Positions 17,911 to 26,310 of a stretch of DNA of 64,000 nucleotides are shown here, piece after piece. This stretch comes from a virus (lineage: Duplodnaviria; Caudoviricetes), in IMG/VR virus record IMGVR_UViG_3300028797_000128, positions 32,001 through 96,000 of that record; one strand, written 5' to 3'. Under the pieces are notes generated by a model, which was not told where the DNA came from, did not search any database, and saw nothing but the letters and a program-made list of their open reading frames with translations. Within the stretch, counting starts at the first letter, position 1; every line of letters starts with the position of its first letter. The position numbers and the translations under genes were made by a program.

Positions 17911-19332
17911 ATGGCAAAGAATAAAAACGCTATGCGAGTTTCGTTCTGTGGGAGTAATGCAACAGAGGTAACGGGAAGTCGCACATTGTTGACCGTAGCT
18001 GACAAACAATATCTTTTTGAGTGTGGATTGCACCAGTCCTCTAAGTCAATATGGGAAGAATATAAAATCAACTCAGCTAAGTTTGATTTTAAGGCAAAAG
18101 ATATTGATGCGGTATTTGTCGGACACGCACATTCAGACCACGTGAATCTATTACCATTGCTTGTAAAACGTGGATTTACTGGTAATATCTATATCCCGAA
18201 AGACAATTTTGACCTCATGCGTATTCTTATGGAGGATTGTGCTCATATATGTGACAGAGACGCAGAGTTCTTAAATCGCACAGAACATTCAGTCGAGCCA
18301 TTATATACAGAAGAAGATGTGCAAGCTACATTAGATAGAATGGTTGAGTTGCCGTTTGGTGAAAAGATTGTTATTGATGACCATGCAACATTACGTTTCA
18401 CTCATAGTGGGCATATCACAAACTCAGCTCATATAGAGTTATGGGTGACAAACAATAATGTGATGAAGAAAATTTATTACACTTCGGATTTAGGAAACAC
18501 ATCTGTTCCCTGTTATTATGTTCATCCTATAGAACCTGTTTCAAATGCAGATTTGGTAATTGCTGAAGCAACATACGCAAATCCTAAAAGGCAAATTAAG
18601 CCAAAAGATAGGCAATGTGATATTGATAAGATTAAAACGGTAGTAGAGCAAACTGTTGAAAAGGGTGGCAAAGTTCTATTCCCTGTTTTTGCAAATCACA
18701 GATGTCAAACTATTCTTACGGTTCTATATGAGATATATGGCAACGATGAGAATTTTAATACTCAAATCTATGTGGACAGTCCGATGGCGGTTAAGATATG
18801 CAAGCTCATGTGTCACATAGTCAACGAGAAGCAAATGCACGTTTGGGAAAAGGTTATGACTTGGAAGAATGTTCATTTTATTAGTGAATATGCGGACAGC
18901 AAGGCGTTGCAGGAAACAAATGAGTCTTGTATCATACTGGCAAGTAGTGGCATGATGTCGGCGGGCAGATCGGTGTCATGGGCGCAGAAACTCTTAGGCA
19001 GCACCAAGAATCACTTTGTATTCTGCGGTTACAGTGCCGAAGGTAGTCTTGCCGATAAGATTAGAAATAGTATGCAAAAGACTATTACGATTGATGGTAA
19101 GGTTGTACCTAACAAGGCGTATGTCACAACGCTGAATAGTTTTTCAAGTCACATACAGCATAATCAGATGTTAGAGTATTACTCAGATATAGATTGCAAC
19201 AAGATTGCAATTGTTCATTCCAATTTCAATGATAAGGAAAAGTTTTGCAAAGAATTGCAAGAAGAATATTCAAAGAAATCTAAAAGCACAAAGGTGGTTT
19301 GTGTTAATAGTGGAACGGTAATCAGCTTATAA
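17911..19332 (+). CDS. MBL-fold beta-CASP ribonuclease
   Basis: EVTGS, HAHSDH, SGHITNS, YTSDLG, EATY, ASSGM, FSSH motifs. Confidence 0.92.
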   Translation: MAKNKNAMRVSFCGSNATEVTGSRTLLTVADKQYLFECGLHQSSKSIWEEYKINSAKFDFKAKDIDAVFVGHAHSDHVNLLPLLVKRGFTGNIYIPKDNFDLMRILMEDCAHICDRDAEFLNRTEHSVEPLYTEEDVQATLDRMVELPFGEKIVIDDHATLRFTHSGHITNSAHIELWVTNNNVMKKIYYTSDLGNTSVPCYYVHPIEPVSNADLVIAEATYANPKRQIKPKDRQCDIDKIKTVVEQTVEKGGKVLFPVFANHRCQTILTVLYEIYGNDENFNTQIYVDSPMAVKICKLMCHIVNEKQMHVWEKVMTWKNVHFISEYADSKALQETNESCIILASSGMMSAGRSVSWAQKLLGSTKNHFVFCGYSAEGSLADKIRNSMQKTITIDGKVVPNKAYVTTLNSFSSHIQHNQMLEYYSDIDCNKIAIVHSNFNDKEKFCKELQEEYSKKSKSTKVVCVNSGTVISL

Positions 19333-19445
19333 GGTAGCCTGTAGGCGTAGAGATTATAGGGTACTTCCCTGCTCACCTTTCTGCAAAAGCTTGATTATGC
19401 AGAAAATCATGCAAATAAAAATCTTGATTTGTGTAAGGAGATAAT

Positions 19446-19634
19446 ATGGCAAAAGCAAATGTAATACGCAAGAACTCTCTTGGTATTAAGGGTGTTCTGA
19501 ATGTAGATAAAGACAGCAATAGCGTTGTTATAGAGATTGAGGACGGCGAGGCTTTAGAGTTGGCAAGTCTGCTTGATGATTTTAACGGCTCGGAAGTCTC
19601 GATCTCAGTTGGCGAGTCAATTGACATCGCATAA
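19446..19634 (+). CDS. yonK: YonK-like small protein
   Basis: 62 aa, IKGVLN...LLDDFNGSEVSISV pattern and SPbeta-like synteny. Confidence 0.65.
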   Translation: MAKANVIRKNSLGIKGVLNVDKDSNSVVIEIEDGEALELASLLDDFNGSEVSISVGESIDIA

Positions 19635-19690
19635 ATTCAGTGAAACGTGATTCAGTAAATCACAATTAGAATTTAAGGAGGAAAAATCAG

Positions 19691-20659
19691 TTGAAGAAAT
19701 TCACGACTGAGCAATACTGTCGTATCTTCGAGGTTTGCAATAGTAAGCCAAAGGATAGGACTTGGGACGATGTAGCGATACAACTCAATTCTGAGTTCAA
19801 TAGTGATGTAAGTTCCAGTGCATATAGGAAGTGTTACCAATATTATACTTTAATGAATAACGCTCTCAAAGCAAAAGGTGATACCTCTGTAGCAACTCGC
19901 ATACTTAGCATATCGGACACACACGTTCCTTTTGAACTGCCGATAGAGATGTTATCAGCCTATAAAGGCAGAGTTGATATACTTCAACTTAATGGCGACA
20001 TCTGTGATTGTCAGGCTATTTCAAAATTCAATAAGGTTTATCGTGTGTCCCCTATGGAAGAAATTATTAAGGCTCGTAAATATGTGATTGATATGATTGA
20101 ATATTTGCAACCCAAGAAAGTGGTTGTAACATACGGCAATCACGATCTGCGCTTTCAGAACTACATAGCTAAAAATCTTGACAATGAAATGGCTGAGCTT
20201 ATGCCGAGAACAAGTCTTGAATTAATCTTTGTAGACGGTTTCTTTCATTATGATAAAAGAGAAGGGACTAAATCTTGGTATACTCCTATAAAAGAACTGT
20301 TCCCCACTATTGAGATTGACTATACCGATGATTGGTGGGTACAGATTGGCGACACAATATTTGCTCATCCGTCAGCATTTTCATCGGGAGTTCTCAAGAC
20401 TGCGGAAAAAGCGATGTATTTCTTCAGGAATGAAGGTATGCAGTTTATGGAACTCGTAATGGCTCATACTCATAGAGTTGGTGAGTATTACATCGGTAAC
20501 ACAAGAATAATTGAACAGGGTGCGTTTAGTGACGTATCTAAGAACAATTATAATAACGGTCAGCTTTATAATTCTCAGAAAGAGGGTTTTGTGTATCTGT
20601 GTCAGGATATAAACGGCAAAACTATGCGTGAGAAAACAGAGTTGGTCGCACTGAATTAA
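19691..20659 (+). CDS. Calcineurin-like metallophosphoesterase (YonJ-like)
   Basis: SDTH, NGDICD, GNHD, AHTH motifs. Confidence 0.9.
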   Translation: MKKFTTEQYCRIFEVCNSKPKDRTWDDVAIQLNSEFNSDVSSSAYRKCYQYYTLMNNALKAKGDTSVATRILSISDTHVPFELPIEMLSAYKGRVDILQLNGDICDCQAISKFNKVYRVSPMEEIIKARKYVIDMIEYLQPKKVVVTYGNHDLRFQNYIAKNLDNEMAELMPRTSLELIFVDGFFHYDKREGTKSWYTPIKELFPTIEIDYTDDWWVQIGDTIFAHPSAFSSGVLKTAEKAMYFFRNEGMQFMELVMAHTHRVGEYYIGNTRIIEQGAFSDVSKNNYNNGQLYNSQKEGFVYLCQDINGKTMREKTELVALN

Positions 20660-20748
20660 GCAAGATTGGTCTTTCTGTGTGAAAGATAAGTAGAATTACA
20701 GGGTTGTCCCCTATCTACGCCTTTCTATTTTAAAGGAAAGAGGATAAT

Positions 20749-21495
20749 ATGTCTTGTGGAATTTATTGTATTGAAAACAAAGTGAATGGCAAAAGGTATG
20801 TTGGGTTAAGTCGTAATATTGAAATCAGATGGAAATCACATAAAAACAGACTTAATTCAGGAAATCATATTAATACTCATTTACAAGCGGCTTGGAATAA
20901 ATATGGTGAAAGTAATTTTGATTTTATTATTATAGAATTATGTTCCGATGATGTCATAAAAGATAGGGAAATTTATTATATTTCTTTATACAAAACGCAA
21001 GATAATCGTTTCGGATATAATCAAACCGCTGGCGGTGATGGTATAAAAAATTTAAATGAGGATTGTGCAGACAAAATTTCTTTAGGCGAAACACTTTACC
21101 CAGTGGTTAAATTAGATTTTGATGGCAACTACATATGCGAATATAGAAATTGTAGATTTGCAGCGGAAGATACTGGATTGTTTACTGAAAATATAAGATA
21201 TTGTTGCGATAAAAAAGGTAAACGCAAAACTACTGGTGGATATATTTGGATGTATAAATCTGATTATGAACAAAACGGGTGCGATGTAGAATACTATAAA
21301 ATTTTAAAAAGAGGAACGCCTGTTAGTCAATTTACAAAAGACGGGCAATATATTGCAACATACATATCAATGCATGAAGCGGAAAGACAAACAGGATGTC
21401 CATTTAAAAACATATCTGCGGTTTGTAATGGGACAAAACATACTTGCATGGGGTATGTATGGAAATTCGCAGATGAAAGCATACTATTAAATTGA
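20749..21495 (+). CDS. GIY-YIG homing endonuclease with NUMOD1-like repeats
   Basis: GIYCIEN...YVGLS; two C-terminal repeats ending GGYIW / MGYVW; AT-rich. Confidence 0.9.
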   Translation: MSCGIYCIENKVNGKRYVGLSRNIEIRWKSHKNRLNSGNHINTHLQAAWNKYGESNFDFIIIELCSDDVIKDREIYYISLYKTQDNRFGYNQTAGGDGIKNLNEDCADKISLGETLYPVVKLDFDGNYICEYRNCRFAAEDTGLFTENIRYCCDKKGKRKTTGGYIWMYKSDYEQNGCDVEYYKILKRGTPVSQFTKDGQYIATYISMHEAERQTGCPFKNISAVCNGTKHTCMGYVWKFADESILLN

Positions 21496-21516
21496 ATTAA
21501 AAGGAGAGTATCTTAA

Positions 21517-21939
21517 GTGATTATATCTGAATCTGTTTGCAAGAAATATGATAGATACGAGGATTTTACATCTGAGTTTGTGCGCACCGCTATGGAGAAT
21601 GGAGTTACGTTCCTCATAGTGAATTGGCAGGATGCGCTTGGCGTGTGTCAGCTGCTTAACGCCTTTACCATTAATGGAAATAGCATTGCTATGCGTGGCG
21701 AGTTCACAGATGAGGCTTATGCAGATATTCAGTGTGTTAAAGAATACGATGGCAACACGCTAATAACATTATTTGATAATGGCGAGATGATTTGCGAAAA
21801 GGCTCTGAATGATGAAACCGCATATGTGGATGACGCTATGTATTTTGTTGAATACAGTGCAAAAGAAGTAGTTCTGCCTTTACACGCAAAGGTTGTACCT
21901 TTCAAGATCGAAACTCAGATTTTTGAGAACGTATTTTGA
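21517..21939 (+). CDS. Hypothetical protein
   Basis: ORF track, AAGGAG RBS. Confidence 0.75.
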   Translation: MIISESVCKKYDRYEDFTSEFVRTAMENGVTFLIVNWQDALGVCQLLNAFTINGNSIAMRGEFTDEAYADIQCVKEYDGNTLITLFDNGEMICEKALNDETAYVDDAMYFVEYSAKEVVLPLHAKVVPFKIETQIFENVF

Positions 21940-21940
21940 T

Positions 21941-22315
21941 TATATAGTCGCAAGTCGGCTTATAATTCTCGCCTAAAGCTGTGGCGAGTAACTAAATGAC
22001 GGAACGGGGCATAGATTAAGCCCCGTATGTGGAAAGCAACTGCAATGATGTTGTAATCTGCACCAAAGCAAATCTCGGAGAACAACTTCACGGTTAAACT
22101 GTTGTCGCAAAATCCGAGGTTTTATGTACCTACCACGCCTCTGTTGTAAGCGTACCACGGTGGGTCTTTAAGACAAAGCTCTTTACGAGCACTTATTAGG
22201 AAAGAGTTTTCAAGCATCTCTTGCATTGTGGTGTCTGTGCGCACAGGTATCGCTTTGATTTTCGTGCTTGAATGCTGCGCATTATGGGATTTAGAGCACA
22301 ATCTAAACTTGCGCA
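21941..22315 (+). ncRNA. Candidate large structured noncoding RNA
   Basis: ~370 nt with no credible ORF and many nested inverted repeats, directly upstream of a tRNA. Confidence 0.55.
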
Positions 22316-22319
22316 TTAT

Positions 22320-22393
22320 GGCAGTTTGGTGAAATGGTATCATATAAGGTTCATACCCTTATGTTCCAAGTTCGACTCTTGGGGCTGCAACCA
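22320..22393 (+). tRNA. tRNA with CAT anticodon (Met/fMet or Ile2)
   Basis: Cloverleaf: D arm GTGA/TCAT, anticodon arm TAAGG-TTCATAC-CCTTA, T arm CCAAG-TTCGACT-CTTGG, encoded CCA. Confidence 0.9.
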
Positions 22394-22419
22394 AGCGTAT
22401 CTTCAACGCTATAAGCATT

Positions 22420-22519
22420 AAAGGCAGATAGAGAGAACCGATCATTCTCTTGACAAGTGTCACCATTCACTTCTGCCTTTACAAGTTTAAAATGGTGAGA
22501 TTGGAAATGGTGCATATGA
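22420..22519 (+). promoter_or_regulatory. Three-way-junction leader with anti-SD loop (copy C)
   Basis: P1 AAAGGCAG/CTGCCTTT; loop TCACCATT complementary to AATGGTGA (22491) and AATGGTG (22506). Confidence 0.65.
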
Positions 22520-23410
22520 ATGTTAGATGTGAGGACACAAGATGTTACGATTATAAGTAATTCTACGGGTGAAGATATTACGGAGCAGTATGCGTTGTTA
22601 ATGACGCAAGATGAGAAAGAAAGAAAAGATAAACAACAAAAAGAAAGAGATAAAAAGACTTATAAAAGATTATGCCAAAACGAAAGAGGGTATTTTACTA
22701 TGATGCTCTACGAGATGAAAAAGGCTTTGGAATTAGGTGTTTCTCAACCGAATGTGACACGATTAATGTATCTCGCAACATACATGGATTATGATAATAT
22801 TTTAAGAGCTGGAAATAATACCTTGATGACTAAAAGAAGTATGCAAAAATGTTTGAGATTAAAAGAAGATACTTTTAGAAACTTTTATAAGGATTGTATA
22901 GATGCAAAACTTATTCAATACAAAGAAGATAAGTATTTTTTGAATCAGTCTATTTTCAAGCGTGGTCGTATAACGCAAGAACAAGCTAAGAACGACAACA
23001 CAATGTTCTTGTATCATAAAGGCATTAGAGAAATTTACGAGAATAGCAAGATTTCAGAGCATAAGATTTTAGGCTATGTATTCTTAGTAATGCCTTATGT
23101 TAATCAAACTTTCAACGTCATTTGTAAAAACCCTAAAGAGGAATCATTTCAAGAAATGGAATGTTTAGATTGGAATGATGTTGGAGATATACTTCAAATA
23201 AATGCTATTCGTAATTTAAAAATGAAATTCAAAAGATTCACTGTTGGTGGACAATATGTTTTTGTTGACGCATCTACTGATAGTAAATCCTTTATATTTG
23301 TGAATCCTCAAATTTATTATACTGGCAAAAATTGGGAACAGGTAGAATGGATAGAAGGGGTTTGTTCTTCGTCTCAGTTGGAACGGAAGGGCGAAATTCA
23401 CAGCACATAA
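22520..23410 (+). CDS. Putative winged-helix DNA-binding protein (RepL-like)
   Basis: Two repeats ending YFLNQSIF / IFVNPQIYY; family assignment is from recall only. Confidence 0.5.
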   Translation: MLDVRTQDVTIISNSTGEDITEQYALLMTQDEKERKDKQQKERDKKTYKRLCQNERGYFTMMLYEMKKALELGVSQPNVTRLMYLATYMDYDNILRAGNNTLMTKRSMQKCLRLKEDTFRNFYKDCIDAKLIQYKEDKYFLNQSIFKRGRITQEQAKNDNTMFLYHKGIREIYENSKISEHKILGYVFLVMPYVNQTFNVICKNPKEESFQEMECLDWNDVGDILQINAIRNLKMKFKRFTVGGQYVFVDASTDSKSFIFVNPQIYYTGKNWEQVEWIEGVCSSSQLERKGEIHST

Positions 23411-23524
23411 GCTATACGTTGATATATAGGCAAATACAAAGATTTTTGCAAACCGAAAAAAGTCAACATAATGACATACTTTTTCGGAAAATAATTAACA
23501 AAACGAGCGTAAGGAGATGATTGA

Positions 23525-24553
23525 ATGGAAGGCAGATCGACGGTCTATAATAAGATTACAAGTGATGAAAAGATTAAGCAGATCAACCCCGAAAACGCTC
23601 AGTTGAGCAAAGACTTTCTTGATTACCTTGCTTCAATTGACAGAAGTCCTAAGACTATTTTTGCATATAATTCTGACCTTGAAATATTCTTTGTTTGGAA
23701 CTTAGAAGAAAATGCCAACAAGGATTTTATAAAGATTAGTAAACGTGACTTTGCGAGATTTCAGAATCACGCTCTCAATGTGTGGAAATGGAGTCCTCGT
23801 AGGATAAGGCGAGTTAAATCTACAATTTCTTCTCTTAGCAACTATATCATGAATATGCTCGACGAAGAAGAAGGGTATGAAGATTATCGCAGTATTATTA
23901 AGAAGATTGAATCTCCCGCAAATGAGGCTGTTAGAGAAAAGACTGTGCTTTCTACAGAACAGGTGCAGAGGTTGCTTGATGAACTTGTAAAGCGTGAAGA
24001 ATACGATAGAGCTGTTTGTATTGCAATTCTCGCTTATTCGGGTATGCGTAAGGCGGAACTGCTTCAAATGAAAATGGAATACTTTAACGCAGACCACTTA
24101 GAGTTTGGCTGCCTTTATAAAACAGATAAGGTGAGAGCCAAAGGTTGTGGTGTGCGCGGCAAACAGATAAACAAGTATGTAATGAATAAAGTTGATACCT
24201 ATATGGATTTATGGCGCAAGAAGCGTGAAGAATTAGGTATTGACAGCGAGTGGGTTCTTGTTATAAAGCGTGGTGACGTTTGGGAGCAGAGAACGGATAT
24301 TGAGAGTTGGAAAGATGAGTTTACTCAGATTCTCGGTTGCCCGTTCTATTTTCATGCCCTTAGGCACGCATTGTGTACTGAGCTTGTTCAAATGAACATA
24401 CCGTCAGAAGTTATAAAAGAATTTTTCAAATGGGAGTCTGTAGAAATGATTAGCCATTACAATGATGCTTCTGCGGCTGATGACTTTGGTAAATACTTTA
24501 GTGCAGATGGCATTATACAGCAAGAAAATAAGGGTATTGCTGATATAAAATAG
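23525..24553 (+). CDS. Tyrosine recombinase
   Basis: YSGMRKAEL (R), HALRH, C-terminal HY (catalytic Tyr). Confidence 0.93.
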   Translation: MEGRSTVYNKITSDEKIKQINPENAQLSKDFLDYLASIDRSPKTIFAYNSDLEIFFVWNLEENANKDFIKISKRDFARFQNHALNVWKWSPRRIRRVKSTISSLSNYIMNMLDEEEGYEDYRSIIKKIESPANEAVREKTVLSTEQVQRLLDELVKREEYDRAVCIAILAYSGMRKAELLQMKMEYFNADHLEFGCLYKTDKVRAKGCGVRGKQINKYVMNKVDTYMDLWRKKREELGIDSEWVLVIKRGDVWEQRTDIESWKDEFTQILGCPFYFHALRHALCTELVQMNIPSEVIKEFFKWESVEMISHYNDASAADDFGKYFSADGIIQQENKGIADIK

Positions 24554-24597
24554 AACCCACATTTTATTAGAAATCTACAAATCATATATTCCTCCTT

Positions 24598-24618
24598 GCC
24601 CTCTTTGAGAGGGCTTTT
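24598..24618 (+). terminator. Intrinsic terminator
   Basis: GCCCTCT-TTG-AGAGGGC-TTTT. Confidence 0.7.
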
Positions 24619-24677
24619 GTGTTGTCTGACTGCGATGATGTTGGACGGCGCACCAATACTATGAAAAGAGGAAAGAT

Positions 24678-24869
24678 ATGCCAATATATAATTATGTTTG
24701 CCCAAACTGCGATAATAAGTTTGAGACAGACAAGAAAATAAGTGAGTATAATCCTCATGAATTATGCCCTAAATGTGGAGAACCTGCAAATAGGAATATG
24801 ACCAAGAACTATTGCAATGGCAACTACGTTGTGAAATGCGATGGGTTCTATGGAAAAACATCAAAGTGA
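24678..24869 (+). CDS. FmdB-family zinc-ribbon protein
   Basis: MPIYNYVCPNC...CPKCG...GFY. Confidence 0.88.
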   Translation: MPIYNYVCPNCDNKFETDKKISEYNPHELCPKCGEPANRNMTKNYCNGNYVVKCDGFYGKTSK

Positions 24870-24973
24870 ATAACAATATATGGGAGTAGCTACCCATATA
24901 TGAGGGCGGTTTTCTATCCTGCCGCCCTCTGTTATTTATAAATATAAAAGAAGGATAGAGAGAGGATAGAACA
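24869..24973 (+). promoter_or_regulatory. Three-way-junction leader with anti-SD loop (copy D)
   Basis: P1 AATAACA/TGTTATT, P2 ATATATGGG/CCCATATAT, P3 GAGGGCGG/CCGCCCTC; loop TTCTATCCT complementary to AGGATAGA at 24952 and 24963. Confidence 0.7.
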
Positions 24974-26296
24974 ATGTTAATTACGACAGAAGTCCAAGTG
25001 GTAGTAGCCAGTCGCACTCTATATTTTTATCGTAATCTTGGCTACGATTGTAAGATAGGCGACACAATTACCGTCCCGGTAGAAAAGACTCATAATGGGT
25101 GTAACGAGAAGATTTGGTATAAATGTGACATTTGCAATAAGCAAAAACAAGTATCATTAAAATCGTTTAAGGCAACGCGGGGTTTCGATGAACCTATGTA
25201 TTGCGTAGAATGCGCAAATCTTTTACGGTGTGGCAAGTCAATTGATGATATTCGGGAATATATTAGTTTAAAAGCAAGAGATGGATATAGAATATGCAAA
25301 AAATGTAACAGAGAATTACCTCTTGATATAAAATATTTCAATCCCGATGTAATGTGTGCAGACGGTTTACGGTTTGTTTGCAGAGAATGTTCTGGTGATC
25401 CATTCAAAACACATGAAGATGATTGGAGTAGAGAGTGGACTGATGATGAATTGTCCTTGCTTAAACAACATTACGCAGATTGCACCACTAAAGAATTACA
25501 GGAGAAATTCTTTCCAGATAGAAGCATTCGTGGAATCCGATGTATGGGAAACAAATTGCATATTGCAAAAAGTGAAATAGCTAAAACCAAAAGCAATGAA
25601 AGCAGAGCAAATCTATGTCGGGAGGCATTTACTGGTAGAAAATTAAGTGATTCAGCAAAAGAAAAATTGTCTGTTAAAGCAAGGGAAAGGTATGAAAAAT
25701 ATGGGAGTCCATTAAAGGGTAGACCTTTTACTTTGACTCACAAACAAAACATAAGTAAAGGGCTTAAAGAGTCTGGAAGATGGAAGGGCGAAAATAACCC
25801 TCGTTATGCTAATCCTTTATGCGGAAAAGACAACCCTAATTGGAAGGGTGGTTTAACGCCATTATATCAAGAATTGAGAAGTGACACGAGAGATTGGTTT
25901 GTCGAATCTGGAGAATTGTCGAATTTTAAATGTGTTATAAGCGGATTAAAATTAGACAATGTTCATCACTTGATACCGTTTAAAGATATTGTAAAAGAGG
26001 TCTTTGATGTTTTAAATCTTGAATTTAAAGACAGTATTGCTGATTATACCGCCACTGAAGAAAGTCAAATAAGAAATCTTCTAAAAGAACTACATATACA
26101 ATATGGATTAGGAGTAGGACTGAATAAGGAGGTTCACAAATTATTTCATGATAATTATGGGTATAGCAATGTCACTAAAGAGGATTTTAAATCTTTTTTG
26201 ATTGGAATACAAAACGGTGTGTATGATGAATATTTTGCGGAACATAATTTGCCTATTATGTTAAACGTGTCTGCGATAGACGTATTATTAAATTAA
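24974..26296 (+). CDS. HNH-type homing endonuclease with zinc-finger and NUMOD3-like repeats
   Basis: Multiple CxxC, HKQNISKGLK / GENNP / GKDNPNWKGG, C-terminal VHHL...HKLFHDNYG. Confidence 0.8.
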   Translation: MLITTEVQVVVASRTLYFYRNLGYDCKIGDTITVPVEKTHNGCNEKIWYKCDICNKQKQVSLKSFKATRGFDEPMYCVECANLLRCGKSIDDIREYISLKARDGYRICKKCNRELPLDIKYFNPDVMCADGLRFVCRECSGDPFKTHEDDWSREWTDDELSLLKQHYADCTTKELQEKFFPDRSIRGIRCMGNKLHIAKSEIAKTKSNESRANLCREAFTGRKLSDSAKEKLSVKARERYEKYGSPLKGRPFTLTHKQNISKGLKESGRWKGENNPRYANPLCGKDNPNWKGGLTPLYQELRSDTRDWFVESGELSNFKCVISGLKLDNVHHLIPFKDIVKEVFDVLNLEFKDSIADYTATEESQIRNLLKELHIQYGLGVGLNKEVHKLFHDNYGYSNVTKEDFKSFLIGIQNGVYDEYFAEHNLPIMLNVSAIDVLLN

Positions 26297-26310
26297 GGAG
26301 GAATGGTGCG

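Noticed and set aside
21938-21965. Group I intron S-element-like ATATAGTC
   Set aside because: No matching R element or interrupted gene; the sequence forms a simple local hairpin
22450-22480. sigma-A promoter from TTGACA at 22450
   Set aside because: No -10 element at proper spacing; the hexamer is part of the RNA leader structure
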